Shown in pieces: positions 18,861 through 29,040 of a stretch of DNA of 45,288 bases (within the stretch, counting starts at the first letter, position 1; each line of letters opens with the position of its first letter). The notes beneath the pieces are model-generated. The model was not told the origin of the DNA. It searched no databases and saw only the letters and a program-made list of their open reading frames with translations. The DNA comes from Gemmatimonadota bacterium (GTDB taxonomy: Bacteria; Gemmatimonadota; Gemmatimonadetes; Gemmatimonadales; GWC2-71-9): positions 1 through 45,288 of the forward strand of contig JACOVF010000114.1 in NCBI GenBank assembly GCA_016177465.1, given 5' to 3'. Position numbers and translations under genes: made by a program.

Positions 18861-19616
18861 ATGTTCCCCTACCGCGACGAGAACCCCACCGTGCTTACGC
18901 CGTACGTCACGGTGGGATTCATCGCCCTGAACGTCCTCTCCTGGCTGTTCCTCCAGGGGGCCGGCTTCTCGGAGCAGCTCCCCCGCTCGGTGTGCGAACT
19001 GGGTCTTATCCCGGGAGAGCTGCTCGGCCGGGCCCCCCCGGGCTCGGGGATCGAGCTCGCGCCGGGGCTCGTCTGCGTGGTGGAGGCCCACCCCAAATAT
19101 TGGACGCTGCTCACCTCGATGTTCATGCACGGCGGGTGGGCCCATTTGTTCTTTAACATGATGTTCCTCTGGGTGTTCGGGAACAACATCGAAGACGCGA
19201 TGGGCCACGTGCGGTTTGTGGTGTTCTACCTGCTCTGCGGGGTGGCGGCGGCGGCGGCGCAGGTATTCGTGAGCCCGACCTCGCCGATCCCGATGGTCGG
19301 CGCATCGGGAGCGATCAGTGGGGTGTTGGGTGGCTATCTGTTGTTGTATCCGCGGGTACGGGTGCACACGCTGATCTTCCTTGGTTTCTTCGTGACCACA
19401 GTGGCGCTTCCCGCCTACGTGATGCTGGGCTACTGGATTCTGCTTCAGCTCCTGGGCGGTCTACCGGCGCTCGCGGGGGTCGAGTCCGGCGGGGTCGCCT
19501 TCTGGGCGCACATCGGGGGGTTCGTGGCGGGGCTGGGGCTCGTCCGGCTGTTTGCGAAGGAGGAGAACCTGCTGCGCCGGCCGCACCCGGTGTTCGCCCT
19601 GCGGGACTGGCGGTAG
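18861..19616 (+). CDS. Rhomboid family intramembrane serine protease
   Basis: SMFMHGGWAHLFFNM, GASGAISG (catalytic Ser), AFWAHIGGF (catalytic His). Confidence 0.95.
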   Translation: MFPYRDENPTVLTPYVTVGFIALNVLSWLFLQGAGFSEQLPRSVCELGLIPGELLGRAPPGSGIELAPGLVCVVEAHPKYWTLLTSMFMHGGWAHLFFNMMFLWVFGNNIEDAMGHVRFVVFYLLCGVAAAAAQVFVSPTSPIPMVGASGAISGVLGGYLLLYPRVRVHTLIFLGFFVTTVALPAYVMLGYWILLQLLGGLPALAGVESGGVAFWAHIGGFVAGLGLVRLFAKEENLLRRPHPVFALRDWR

Positions 19617-19622
19617 TCGGCG

Positions 19623-20324
19623 TCACGCCCCCCCGGCCGGCGGGGCATCTTCGGCGTGGTGTTTGATGGTCTTCCCCTCCACGAGGAAGACGATGTCTTC
19701 CGCGATGTTCGTGGCGAGGTCCGCGACGCGCTCCAAGTTGCGGCTTACCAGGAACAGCTCCATCCCGGCCCCGATGATGTGCGGGTCCTCCATCATGTGG
19801 GTGAGGAGGATGCGAAACACCGAGCGGTGGAGCGCGTCCACGCTGTCGTCCCGGCGGCAGATGGCGCGGGCCGCTTGGGGATCGCCGCGCACGAACGCCT
19901 CGAGGGCGTCGGCGAGCATCATCCGCGCCTGCCGGGCCATCTCGACGATCTCGGGCTCCGGCGCGATGGGCCGGTGGGCGAGGAGCCGCTCGGCGGACTG
20001 CGCGATGTTCACCGCGTGGTCGCCCACGCGCTCCAGGTCGTTCGCGATCTTCATCGCCGCGGTCAGCAGCCGCAGGTCGCGCGCCATCGGCTGTTGGGTG
20101 GCGAGGAGCCGGATCACCATCTCTTCGACCTCGAGCTCCAGGGCGTCGATGCCGGCGTCGCCCGCGATGATCTGGCGGGCCCGCTCGGCGTCACGCTGGA
20201 GCACGGCTTCCACGGCGGCGGCGAGGGCGTCCTGCGCCTCGGCCGACATCGTAAGGATCCGGACCTTGAGATCGGAGAGCTCGTCGTGGAAGTGGCGGTG
20301 GGCGGGGGGGGGGGTGACGCTCAT
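19623..20324 (-). CDS. phoU: Phosphate signalling protein PhoU
   Basis: [39 protein letters not shown]; last gene of pst operon. Confidence 0.96.
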   Translation of the reverse strand: MSVTPPPAHRHFHDELSDLKVRILTMSAEAQDALAAAVEAVLQRDAERARQIIAGDAGIDALELEVEEMVIRLLATQQPMARDLRLLTAAMKIANDLERVGDHAVNIAQSAERLLAHRPIAPEPEIVEMARQARMMLADALEAFVRGDPQAARAICRRDDSVDALHRSVFRILLTHMMEDPHIIGAGMELFLVSRNLERVADLATNIAEDIVFLVEGKTIKHHAEDAPPAGGA

Positions 20325-21145
20325 CCGAACCGTCCCGTGATGTAGGCTTCCGTGCGCTCGTCGCGCGGCGCCGTGAAAACCTGGTTGCTGTCGCCGAACT
20401 CGACCAGGCGGCCGAGGTAGAAGAACCCCGTATAATCGGACACCCGTGCGGCCTGCTGCATGTTATGGGTCACGATCACGATGGTGTACGTCTGCTTCAG
20501 CTCGATGATCAGCTCCTCGATCCGCTGGGTGGCGTGGGGGTCGAGGGCCGAGCAGGGCTCGTCCATGAGAAGCAGCTCAGGCTCGTTCGCGAGGGCGCGG
20601 GCGATGCAGAGGCGCTGTTGCTGGCCGCCGGAGAGCCCCGTGCCGGGCCCATCGAGCCGGTCCTTCACCTCGTCCCACAGCGCCGCCTGGCGCAGGGCGC
20701 GCTCCACTCGCGCCGGGAGATCGCGCTCCCGGGCAAAGGCGTTCAGGCGGGGTCCGTACGCGACGTTGTCGAAGGTGGATTTGGGAAACGGGTTCGGGCG
20801 CTGGAACACCATCCCCACGCGGCGCCGCAAGTCGACCGTGTCGCTGCCCGGCGCGAATACCGAGACGCCGTCGAGGAGGATCTCCCCCGTGTGCCGCGTC
20901 CCGGCGATCAGCTCGTTCAGCCGATTGACGGAGCGCAGAAACGTGCTTTTCCCGCACCCGGAGGGGCCGATCAGCGCGGTGACGGCGCGCCGGGGTACGG
21001 TGAAGGTGACGTCGAACAACGCCTGAGTGCGGCCATACCAGAAGTTGTACGCCCGGACATCGACGACGGGGAGCGGGACGATCCCCGGCGCGGGCGGCCC
21101 CGCGAGGGCGCCGGTCACGAGGTTCCTCAGCTCTACGGCGCTCAC
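20321..21145 (-). CDS. pstB: Phosphate ABC transporter ATP-binding protein PstB (copy 2)
   Basis: [51 protein letters not shown]; GTG start overlaps upstream pstB stop. Confidence 0.95.
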   Translation of the reverse strand: MSAVELRNLVTGALAGPPAPGIVPLPVVDVRAYNFWYGRTQALFDVTFTVPRRAVTALIGPSGCGKSTFLRSVNRLNELIAGTRHTGEILLDGVSVFAPGSDTVDLRRRVGMVFQRPNPFPKSTFDNVAYGPRLNAFARERDLPARVERALRQAALWDEVKDRLDGPGTGLSGGQQQRLCIARALANEPELLLMDEPCSALDPHATQRIEELIIELKQTYTIVIVTHNMQQAARVSDYTGFFYLGRLVEFGDSNQVFTAPRDERTEAYITGRFG

Positions 21146-21915
21146 CCGAACCGCCCGGTCAGGTACGCCTCGGTCTGCTCGAGACGGGGCTTGGTGAAGA
21201 GATCCCGGGTCCGGCCGGCCTCGATGAGCTGGCCTAAGTAGAGGAACGCCGTGTAGTCCGAGACCCGGGCCGCCTGTTGCATGTTGTGTGTGACGATCAC
21301 GATCGTGTAGCGGCGCTTCAGCTCGTGGCACAATTCCTCGATCCGCTGGGTGCCGGCCGGGTCGAGCGAGGCGGTCGGCTCGTCGAGGAGCAGCACGTCG
21401 GGCTGGGGCGCCACCGCGCGCGCGATGCAGAGGCGCTGTTGCTGGCCGCCCGAGAGGGCGACGGCGCTCGTGTGCAGCCGGTCCTTCACTTCGTCCCACA
21501 GCGCCGCCTGTTGTAGGGCCCGCTCCACCGCCGTGGCGACTTGGCTTGTGGGCAACCGGCCGTCGACGCGCAGTCCCGCCGCGACGTTGTCGAAGATCGA
21601 CATCGTGGGAAACGGGGTGGGGCGCTGGAACACCATCCCCACGCGGCGCCGGACCTGTACCGCGTCCACCTCGCCGCCGTAGATGTCCACGCCCTCGAGC
21701 AGCACCTTCCCGGTCACCCAGGCGCCGTCCGACAGCTCGTGCATCCGGTTCAGACAACGGAGCAACGTGCTCTTGCCGCATCCCGAGGGGCCGATGATGG
21801 CGGTCACGGTGTTCGATGGGAAGAGGAGGCTCACCTCTTTCACCGCGGCGTGGCGGTGGAACAGGGCCGTGAGGCGGTCCGTGGCCAGGAGGAGGGTGGC
21901 GTCAACGGGCGCCAT
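21142..21915 (-). CDS. pstB: Phosphate ABC transporter ATP-binding protein PstB (copy 1)
   Basis: [43 protein letters not shown]. Confidence 0.95.
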   Translation of the reverse strand: MAPVDATLLLATDRLTALFHRHAAVKEVSLLFPSNTVTAIIGPSGCGKSTLLRCLNRMHELSDGAWVTGKVLLEGVDIYGGEVDAVQVRRRVGMVFQRPTPFPTMSIFDNVAAGLRVDGRLPTSQVATAVERALQQAALWDEVKDRLHTSAVALSGGQQQRLCIARAVAPQPDVLLLDEPTASLDPAGTQRIEELCHELKRRYTIVIVTHNMQQAARVSDYTAFLYLGQLIEAGRTRDLFTKPRLEQTEAYLTGRFG

Positions 21916-22747
21916 AGCGCTCCCGAGTGACCCAGCGGGCGAACAGCGCCAAGACGAGGACGAGCCCCATCAGCACGAGCGCCGCCGCCCACGCCAAGCG
22001 GTGCCACTCGTCGAAGGGGCCGGTGGCGTACACGTAAATCTGGAGCGACAGCGTCTGCATCGGCTGGCTGACGTCGGTCGTGAAGTTCAGGTTCCCCAGC
22101 GCGGTGAAGAGGAGCGGCGCGGTCTCGCCGGCAACGCGTGCGATGGCGACGAGGCTGCCGGTGACGATCCCGCTCAGCGCGCTGCGGACGACCACGCGGA
22201 GCGACGTGCGCCAGCGCGGGTAGCCGAGCGCCAGGGCCGCCTCCCGCAGCGAATGGGGGACGAGGCGGACCATCTCCTCGCTGGTGCGGGCGATCATCGG
22301 CACCATCAGGACCGCGAGCGCCACCGCGCCGGCGAGGGCCGAAAAGTGGCCGACCGGCTTCACGATGAACGTCCAGGCGAAGATCCCCACCACGATCGAC
22401 GGCGTGCCGTTCATGACGTCCGCCACGAAGCGCACGAAAAAGCCGAGGCGCCCCGCGCCGTACTCGGCGAGGAAGATCCCGGCCCCGATGCCGACTGGGA
22501 GGCCGATGAGACCGGCGAGGCCGACGATCACGCCCGTCCCCGCGATGGCATTCGCGACGCCGCCCCCTGACTCGCCTGCGGGGGCGGGGCTGCGGGTGAA
22601 AAAGTGCCAGTCGATGGACGAGGCGCCCTTCGCGACGAGGTCGCCCAAGATGAAGAGAAGCGGCAGGACCGCGAGGAGGCAGAGCCCGGCCACGAGGCCC
22701 GTCATCAGGGCGCTCACCGCCCGGCGGCGGAGGGCGCGCACCGTCAC
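21902..22747 (-). CDS. pstA: Phosphate ABC transporter permease PstA
   Basis: [30 protein letters not shown]; GTG start overlaps pstC stop. Confidence 0.95.
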   Translation of the reverse strand: MTVRALRRRAVSALMTGLVAGLCLLAVLPLLFILGDLVAKGASSIDWHFFTRSPAPAGESGGGVANAIAGTGVIVGLAGLIGLPVGIGAGIFLAEYGAGRLGFFVRFVADVMNGTPSIVVGIFAWTFIVKPVGHFSALAGAVALAVLMVPMIARTSEEMVRLVPHSLREAALALGYPRWRTSLRVVVRSALSGIVTGSLVAIARVAGETAPLLFTALGNLNFTTDVSQPMQTLSLQIYVYATGPFDEWHRLAWAAALVLMGLVLVLALFARWVTRERYGAR

Positions 22748-23724
22748 AGCGCCTTGCTCCCGATCGCGGCGCCGCGCGCCACCCGCCATACGAGGAGGCG
22801 GGCGAGGGCATTCACGGCAACGGTGATGACGAACAGGATGAGGCCGACCTCGAACAGCGCCGAGAGATAGAGATCGGTGGTCGCCTCGCTGAACTCGTTC
22901 GCAATGGCCGCGGCCATCGTGTAGCCGGGCTGCAGGACCGAGAGGCCGATATCGTGGCGGTTGCCGATCACCATGGTGACGGCCATCGTCTCGCCCAGGG
23001 CCCGACCCAGGCCGAGCATGACGGCGCCGATGATTCCGGGACGGCCGTACGGGAGCACCGCCGACCACACGGCCTCCCACCGGGTCGCGCCGAGGCCCAG
23101 CGCGGCCTCGCGCTGACTCGCGGGGACGGCGAGAATGACTTCGCGGGAGACGGCCGCGATGTAGGGCACGATCATGATCGCGAGGATGATCCCCCCCGCG
23201 AGCATGGAGTTGCCGTAGAAGACGCCCTGAAACAGCGGGGTCCAGCCGAGCGCCGCCTTGAGCGGGGGGACGGCGTAGGTCCGCAGGAACGGGATGAGGA
23301 CGAAGATTCCCCACAGCCCATAGACGACGCTGGGCACCGCGGCGAGCAGCTCGACGAGAAATGCCACCGGCTTGCGCGTCCACCGGGGGGCGAACTCCGT
23401 GAGGAAGATCGCGACGCCTAGCGCGAGCGGGACGGCGATGACCAGTGCGAGCAGTGACGACACGAGCGTGCCGAAGATCATCGGCGCCGCGCCGTAGACC
23501 TCCGCGACCGGGTCCCAGGTCGAGCTCGTGAGAAATCCCCACCCGAACCGCCGCATGGCGGGCCTGGCGTTCACGGCCAGTTCCGCCACGAGCACGAGCA
23601 AGAGCAGCGGCAGCGCCAACGCCAGCGCCGTGACGACGCCGCGATAGAGGGGGTCGCCGCGGTTGCGGCGGCGCAGGCTCGCCGGGGCGGGAGGGGCGAC
23701 GGACTCCGTGGTGGCGGACGTCAT
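22744..23724 (-). CDS. pstC: Phosphate ABC transporter permease PstC
   Basis: WDP, ELLAAVPSVVYGLWG, GLGRALGETMAVTMVIGN. Confidence 0.96.
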   Translation of the reverse strand: MTSATTESVAPPAPASLRRRNRGDPLYRGVVTALALALPLLLLVLVAELAVNARPAMRRFGWGFLTSSTWDPVAEVYGAAPMIFGTLVSSLLALVIAVPLALGVAIFLTEFAPRWTRKPVAFLVELLAAVPSVVYGLWGIFVLIPFLRTYAVPPLKAALGWTPLFQGVFYGNSMLAGGIILAIMIVPYIAAVSREVILAVPASQREAALGLGATRWEAVWSAVLPYGRPGIIGAVMLGLGRALGETMAVTMVIGNRHDIGLSVLQPGYTMAAAIANEFSEATTDLYLSALFEVGLILFVITVAVNALARLLVWRVARGAAIGSKAL

Positions 23725-23760
23725 CGGATGGACATCTTACCGGAGCCGCGCGAGCGCGAA

Positions 23761-23788
23761 GATCACGATTGTGTAACGATCATGTCAC
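23761..23788. promoter_or_regulatory. Candidate Pho box (three 11-nt-spaced half-sites) upstream of pstC
   Basis: GATCAC (23761), TGTAAC (23772), TGTCAC (23783) at exact 11-nt period; -10-like TAAGAT on minus at 23739-23734. Confidence 0.65.
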
Positions 23789-23799
23789 CGAAACAGCAC

Positions 23800-23833
23800 C
23801 CCCCGGGTGCAGGGGCGACCCTGCACCCGGGGG
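23800..23833 (-). terminator. Perfect 15-bp stem-loop between pstS and pstC (terminator/mRNA stabiliser)
   Basis: CCCCCGGGTGCAGGG-GCGA-CCCTGCACCCGGGGG; only a weak U tract on the minus strand. Confidence 0.8.
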
Positions 23834-23856
23834 CTCACGTGGTCGGAGTCGCTGGG

Positions 23857-24912
23857 TTACTGCGCGGCCGGACCTCTCCAGACCGCCCGGCCGCCGGCGG
23901 AGACCGTCTTGAGGCGTGCCTCGACCCAGGGCAGCATCGCCTTGGGCAGCGGGGCGTAGCCGAGGCGCGGGGCCTGCGCCTGGCCCTCGGTCAGGGACCA
24001 CCAGATGAACTTCACCAGCTCGCGCGCCTGGACCGCGTCGGGGTACTCCTTGCGGACGAGCAGCCAGGTGAAGCTCGCGATCGGGAACGCCTGGGCGCCG
24101 CCCGGATTGGTGATCGACACGCGAAAATCGGTGGTCGGGCCCATGTCCGCCATGGCGCCCTCAGCCGCCGCCGTCACCGATTCGAGCGTGGGCGTGATGA
24201 AGTTGCCCGCCCGGTTCTGCACCTGGCCCACCGCCATCTTATTGATGAGCGCGTAGCCGAGCTCCACGTAGCCGATCGCGCCCGGGGTCTGGCGCACCGT
24301 GGCGGCGACGCCCTCGTTGCCGCGGCCGCCGAGTCCGACGGGCCAGTTGACCGACGTCCCGCGTCCGACCTTCTGCGCCCACTCGGGGCTCACCTTCGTG
24401 AGGTAATCCACCCAGACGTAGGTAGTGCCCGAGCCGTCGGAGCGGTGGACGACGAGGATATCCGTGTTCGGCAGGGTGACGCCCGGGTTCGCGGCGGCGA
24501 GCCTTGGATCGTTCCACTTCGTCAGCTTGCCGAGGAAGATGTCGGCGAGGATCGCGGGGGTGAAGCGGAACGTCCCCGTGAAGCCGGGCAGGTTGTACGT
24601 CGGCACCACCGCGCCGAGCACGGTCGGGATGTGGAGCACGTTGCCCTGGATGGCGACGATGGCCGAGTCGGTCATCGGGGCGTCCGAGCCCCCGAAGTCT
24701 ACGGTCTTGTCGGAGAACTGGCGGATCCCGCCGCCCGACCCGATGGACTGGTAGTTGAGCTCGACGTTGTCGAACTTCTGGTTGTACGTGATGATCCAGT
24801 TCTGATAGATGATGTTCGGGAACGTGGCCCCCGCGCCGTTGAGCTGGACCTGTTGCCCGGGCAGCGGCGTGACGGCCAGAGCGGTGAGCGCGGTGAGGCG
24901 AAGGATGTTCAT
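23857..24912 (-). CDS. pstS: Phosphate-binding periplasmic protein PstS
   Basis: GAGATFP, YQSIGSGGGIRQF, DFGGSD, HRSDGSGTT, GAIGYVE; Sec signal peptide. Confidence 0.97.
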   Translation of the reverse strand: MNILRLTALTALAVTPLPGQQVQLNGAGATFPNIIYQNWIITYNQKFDNVELNYQSIGSGGGIRQFSDKTVDFGGSDAPMTDSAIVAIQGNVLHIPTVLGAVVPTYNLPGFTGTFRFTPAILADIFLGKLTKWNDPRLAAANPGVTLPNTDILVVHRSDGSGTTYVWVDYLTKVSPEWAQKVGRGTSVNWPVGLGGRGNEGVAATVRQTPGAIGYVELGYALINKMAVGQVQNRAGNFITPTLESVTAAAEGAMADMGPTTDFRVSITNPGGAQAFPIASFTWLLVRKEYPDAVQARELVKFIWWSLTEGQAQAPRLGYAPLPKAMLPWVEARLKTVSAGGRAVWRGPAAQ

Positions 24913-24935
24913 GGCGCGAGTCGATCCTCTCGAGG

Positions 24936-25988
24936 TCAGAACGTGAACTGGACCTGGAACAGGGCCTGCGACCGCACGGCCTCGAGGGCGGGCGAGGGCG
25001 CGCCCCCTTCGTACGATACGTGGTCGAGATCGGCGAGCAGCCGCAGGTTGGGCGACAGCTGGTACGAGGCGCCGGCGATGACGCGCGTCTGGCGGTTGTT
25101 GCCGGTGCTGGTGTTGGGGTCGAGCACGTCGACGCGGCCGAGGACCGCGACCTTCGAGTTCGGAATGCGATAGACCCCGTACGCGCTGATGACGCTGCCG
25201 TCGGTTTCCGGCGTCGGCCTGGCGGTGACGGTGTCCTTGGTGGCGGCGTACTGCGCGGCGAGCGTGACCTGGCGGGTGCGGTAGGACAGCATCCCGAGAA
25301 ACCGGTTCCGGGTGCCGCCGCTGGTGGGCTTGCCGATCTGCGCGTACCCGGTGAGACGCAGCCCGCCGACCCGGCTCGAGTCATCGGTGTCGAGCACGCG
25401 GACGGAGACCCGGCCCATCACGTCCTTGCGCTGGTCGCCCGGCCCGCCGTTGTAGTTCTCACCGTTGACCAGGGCGACCTGGGCGTTCACCTTGTCGGCG
25501 CCCCATTTGCCGTCGACACCTGCGCCGATGTCGCCCGACGAGACGTAGCTGCGCGGCGCGATCTGGTCACCACGCTCCAGCGCCATGGTTCCCTGCATGC
25601 GATAATCCCACAGCGCCTCTTCCCAGTCGAGCCAAGGCGTGTGGATCACGCCCAGCTTGAAGGTGAGCGGGCTCCGGACCGGTGTGTACGCGACGTACGC
25701 GTACTTGATCCGGTAGCGCAGCGAGCCATCCCCTGCCTGCCGGTAGATGTCCGCGGTCACGCGTGTGGCCACGCCGTCGGAGAACCGTCCGGTGACGTTC
25801 AGGTAGGCGCGGGTCAGGTCGAAGGTGTTGACGTGGTTGGCGGTGTCCTTCAACTGGTACAGGTACTGCGTGTAGGCGACCCCGCTGACGGTGACGGTCG
25901 GCGCGGGCGTCTGGGCGGCGGCCACGGCGAGGGGCGCACTTCCCGCCACGACTCCGACGACGGCCACGAGCCAAAGCCTTCTGTGCAC
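24936..25988 (-). CDS. Outer-membrane beta-barrel porin, probably phosphate-selective
   Basis: Signal peptide ending AAA|Q, alternating beta strands, RAYLN and KYAYV motifs, terminal Phe (QFTF); GAGGAG RBS before GTG 25988; directly upstream of pstS. Confidence 0.8.
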   Translation of the reverse strand: MHRRLWLVAVVGVVAGSAPLAVAAAQTPAPTVTVSGVAYTQYLYQLKDTANHVNTFDLTRAYLNVTGRFSDGVATRVTADIYRQAGDGSLRYRIKYAYVAYTPVRSPLTFKLGVIHTPWLDWEEALWDYRMQGTMALERGDQIAPRSYVSSGDIGAGVDGKWGADKVNAQVALVNGENYNGGPGDQRKDVMGRVSVRVLDTDDSSRVGGLRLTGYAQIGKPTSGGTRNRFLGMLSYRTRQVTLAAQYAATKDTVTARPTPETDGSVISAYGVYRIPNSKVAVLGRVDVLDPNTSTGNNRQTRVIAGASYQLSPNLRLLADLDHVSYEGGAPSPALEAVRSQALFQVQFTF

Positions 25989-26101
25989 GGTTGAGCTCCT
26001 CAAGACCAAAGATTCGGTTGTCGGGCGTCTCGCCGCCCGGTTCGCGGCCTGTGCAGGCACCCGAAAGGTCGCCGCCGCCCGTGACAGGGGCGCGTCCGGC
26101 G

Positions 26102-26119
26102 CGTCACGAACGTGTAACG
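26102..26119. promoter_or_regulatory. Candidate Pho box upstream of porin-pstS
   Basis: CGTCACG (26102) and TGTAACG (26113) at 11-nt period, same motif and orientation as upstream of pstC. Confidence 0.6.
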
Positions 26120-26226
26120 AGAGCGGACGCAAAGCAGATAGCGGAGCCGGACGAGCCTCCGCATCTTCTCAGCGAGAGTGCCCCCGTTGCTCGCGCCTGA
26201 TGACGAGGATGTAGTGAGTCGGTGAG

Positions 26227-27954
26227 CTAGCTCGGTGCAGCCCGGGCGGGAAAGAACATCCGGATGGCCGTCCCGTGGCCCAGGCGGCTGTCGGCCTCGA
26301 CCCAGCCGCCGTGCGCCTCGACTAGGCGCTTGACGATGGCGAGCCCGAGGCCGGTCCCGCCCTGGAGGCGCGCGCGCCCGGTGTCGACCCGGTAGAAGCG
26401 CTCGAAGATCCGGGGGAGGTGCTCCGGCGCGATGCCGGCACCCGTGTCGGTGACCGCCACCACCACGGCGTCCTGCCCCACCTCGGCCGAGAGGCGGATC
26501 CGCCCGCCTGGCGGCGTGTGGCGCAGGGCGTTGTCGAACAGGTTGGTGAGGATCTGTCGCAGGGCGTCGGGGTCGACGGCGACGGCGTGCGCCTCGGGGG
26601 CGACGGCGGTCTCGAAGCGGACCGCGCCCGCGCGCGTCCGCTCGGCGAACTGATCCCAGGTCTCATAGGCTGTCCCCTCGAGCTCGACGATGCCGAGGAC
26701 CGGCCGCCACCCACCCGACTCGATCCGCGAGAGGTCCAGCAGCTCGTCCACCAGGCGCTGCATGCGCCGCGCGTTGCTCAGGATCGTCTCGGCGAACTGC
26801 CCGGTCTGCGTGTCGTCCGCCGCCTCGGTCGCCAGCGTTTCCGCATATCCCGCGATCGAGGTGAGCGGGGTCTTCAGTTCGTGGGAGACGTTGGCTACGA
26901 AGTCGCGGCGCACGGTCTCCAGGCGCCGCAGCTCGGTGACGTCGCGGAGGACCAGGAGGGTGCCGCCGTCGGGCAGCGCGCGCCCCGTCACGAGGACGGT
27001 GCGGTCCTCCAATTCCAGTTCCCGAAGCTCGACGTCTCGGCCGCGTACGACATCGCTGATGAAATCCCGCGCGCGCTTGTCGTGGAACAGGGCGCCGAGC
27101 GGCGGGAGCGGCGCCCCGGGGCGGAAGCCCAGGAGCCGGCGTGCCGCCTCGTTGCACGTCACGACCTCGCCACGCGGGTTCGCAGCGACGATGCCGTCCG
27201 ACATCGACTCGACGAGGGTGTGTGTCTCCTCGCGCTCGCGCCGCAAGTCCGCGAATCGGGCGGCGAGCTCCTCGTGCATGTTCCGGAGCGCGAGGATGTG
27301 CTGGGCGATCTCCGGGATGCGCGAATCGGGGAACGCGGGAGGCCGGCCGGCTGCGATGTCCCGGGCCGCGACGGCGAGCCGAACGAGCGGCCGGGCGAAC
27401 GTGCGGCTCGCGAGCCACGCCAGGAGGGCCGCGGCGAGGACGGCGAGCGCGCCCGCACCCGCCACGGCCCGCCGCACCCGCGCGACTTGCGCGTCCACCG
27501 CGGCGAGCGGCGCCGACACGCGAACGATAGCGAGCCCCAGCGGGCCACCGCGCACGGCGACGTACATCTGGGGCTCGTTGGTCGACGCGCTGAGGCGCCG
27601 ATCGCGGCCGACGCCGGCGGCGAGCGCGGCCCGGACCTCGGGGCGGTCGGCGTGGTTCTCGAGCAGCGCCAGGGAGGCGCGGTCGAATTCGCTGTCGCCG
27701 CGCACGCGGCCCCGGGAGTCCACCAGCGTCACCCGCCGACCGATCAGCTCACCCAAGCGGCGCGCCTCGTCGGGCCAGCGGGCCGAATCGGGGGGGAGGA
27801 GCGCGGCGACGAGCCGCCCCTCGTGCTCGAGCTCCGCGGCGACGTCGGCCTCCATGCCGTGGCGGAGGGTGCGGTCGGTGGCTGCCACGAGGCCGACGAC
27901 GGTGGCGAGCACGAGGAGGGCGGTCGTGAGGAACAGCCGGGTGGCCAGTCTCAC
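26227..27954 (-). CDS. phoR: Phosphate regulon sensor histidine kinase PhoR (TM-HAMP-PAS-HisKA-HATPase)
   Basis: RRDFVANVSHELKTPLTSI, NLFDNALRH, DTGAGI, FERFYRVD, GTGLGLAIVK; GTG start overlaps phoB stop. Confidence 0.93.
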   Translation of the reverse strand: MRLATRLFLTTALLVLATVVGLVAATDRTLRHGMEADVAAELEHEGRLVAALLPPDSARWPDEARRLGELIGRRVTLVDSRGRVRGDSEFDRASLALLENHADRPEVRAALAAGVGRDRRLSASTNEPQMYVAVRGGPLGLAIVRVSAPLAAVDAQVARVRRAVAGAGALAVLAAALLAWLASRTFARPLVRLAVAARDIAAGRPPAFPDSRIPEIAQHILALRNMHEELAARFADLRREREETHTLVESMSDGIVAANPRGEVVTCNEAARRLLGFRPGAPLPPLGALFHDKRARDFISDVVRGRDVELRELELEDRTVLVTGRALPDGGTLLVLRDVTELRRLETVRRDFVANVSHELKTPLTSIAGYAETLATEAADDTQTGQFAETILSNARRMQRLVDELLDLSRIESGGWRPVLGIVELEGTAYETWDQFAERTRAGAVRFETAVAPEAHAVAVDPDALRQILTNLFDNALRHTPPGGRIRLSAEVGQDAVVVAVTDTGAGIAPEHLPRIFERFYRVDTGRARLQGGTGLGLAIVKRLVEAHGGWVEADSRLGHGTAIRMFFPARAAPS

Positions 27955-28685
27955 GACCGCTTCCCGCGCCGCAGCGGCGGACCGCGGAATCGGTACCCGA
28001 CGCCCCGCACCGTTTCGATCCATTCGCCGGCCCGGCCGAGCTTGACCCGCAGCCGTTGCACGTGCATGTCGACCGTGCGCGTCTGGATGTCGGGCTGCGC
28101 CTGCCAGACCGCCTGCAGCAGGTGCCCCCGGCTTTGCACCCGGCCTTCCCGCTCGAGCAGCGCGCGGAGCAGCTTGAACTCGGTGGCGGTCAGCTCGACC
28201 GCCCGCCCGTCTACGGCGACGTCGTGGGTGGCCTGGTCGAGCACCACGGGCCCCGCAGCGAGCCGCCCGCCCGCCGCCACCGGCGGGGAGGCGAGCCGGC
28301 GCAGGATTGCCCCCACCCGCAGCACGAGCTCCTGGGGTGAGAACGGCTTGGCGAGGTAATCGTCGGCGCCGAGGGAGAGCCCCTTGATGCGATCCGGCTC
28401 TTCTTTGCGGGCCGTGAGGAGAATGACGCCGACGTCCTTGGTTTCCTCGCGTCGGCGGAGGTCGGCCAACACGTCGTAGCCTGAGAGGCCCGGGAGCATC
28501 AAGTCGAGGAGGACCAAGTCCGGCCGCTCGGTGCGCACCGACGAGAGCGCTTCCGTGCCGCTGGTCGCCGTAGTGACCCGGTACCCGGCCTTGGCCAGAT
28601 GGTAGGCGACGAGCCCCGTGATGTCCGGCTCGTCGTCCACGACGAGGATGCGCTGGGGGGAGGGAGTGGCCTCGCCGAGTGTCAT
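27951..28685 (-). CDS. phoB: Phosphate regulon response regulator PhoB/PhoP (OmpR family)
   Basis: ILVVDDE, LLDLMLPG, GADDYLAKPF, TRTVDMHVQRLRVKL, IETVRGVGY; next to phoR and pst. Confidence 0.92.
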   Translation of the reverse strand: MTLGEATPSPQRILVVDDEPDITGLVAYHLAKAGYRVTTATSGTEALSSVRTERPDLVLLDLMLPGLSGYDVLADLRRREETKDVGVILLTARKEEPDRIKGLSLGADDYLAKPFSPQELVLRVGAILRRLASPPVAAGGRLAAGPVVLDQATHDVAVDGRAVELTATEFKLLRALLEREGRVQSRGHLLQAVWQAQPDIQTRTVDMHVQRLRVKLGRAGEWIETVRGVGYRFRGPPLRRGKRS

Positions 28686-28686
28686 C

Positions 28687-29040
28687 TCAGGAGGCGTCCG
28701 CCGCCGCACCGCGGAGGCGCGTCCGCTGAAGCGCGGCGGCGCGCTCGGCCTTGGCACCTGGGTCGCTGCGCACGGCCTCGAGCACCGCTCGCAGCAGCCG
28801 ACCGCGCGAGCCGGGATGCAGGACGAACGTGTACAGCACGAAAGGCGGCAGCGGCATGTCGTGCACGACCTCGAGATCGCGCAGCACCTTGAGGTGCCGA
28901 GACACGGTAGGCTGCGGGAGCTGCAGGATCGCCACCAGATCGGAGACGAACAGCGGCGCCGCGGCCACGCAGTTCAGGATGCGCAGTCGCGTCAGCTCGG
29001 CGAGAGCCACGAGGAAGTCGGAGGCCGACAACGTCGTCAC
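28687..29040 (-). CDS. ArsR/SmtB family transcriptional regulator
   Basis: ALAELTRLRIL..LFVSDLVAILQLPQPTVSRHLKVLR HTH; GTG 29040 overlaps DUF3006 stop. Confidence 0.85.
   Translation of the reverse strand: MTTLSASDFLVALAELTRLRILNCVAAAPLFVSDLVAILQLPQPTVSRHLKVLRDLEVVHDMPLPPFVLYTFVLHPGSRGRLLRAVLEAVRSDPGAKAERAAALQRTRLRGAAADAS

Noticed and set aside
20321-21915. Tandem pstB duplication as a novelty
   Set aside because: Two pstB genes in one pst operon are well known (e.g. Bacillus pstBA/pstBB); both have intact motifs.
26125-26135. GGACGCAAAGC resembling the c-di-GMP-I riboswitch core
   Set aside because: No preceding GCAAAC/GAAA-tetraloop stem, and it lies antisense to the flanking genes.
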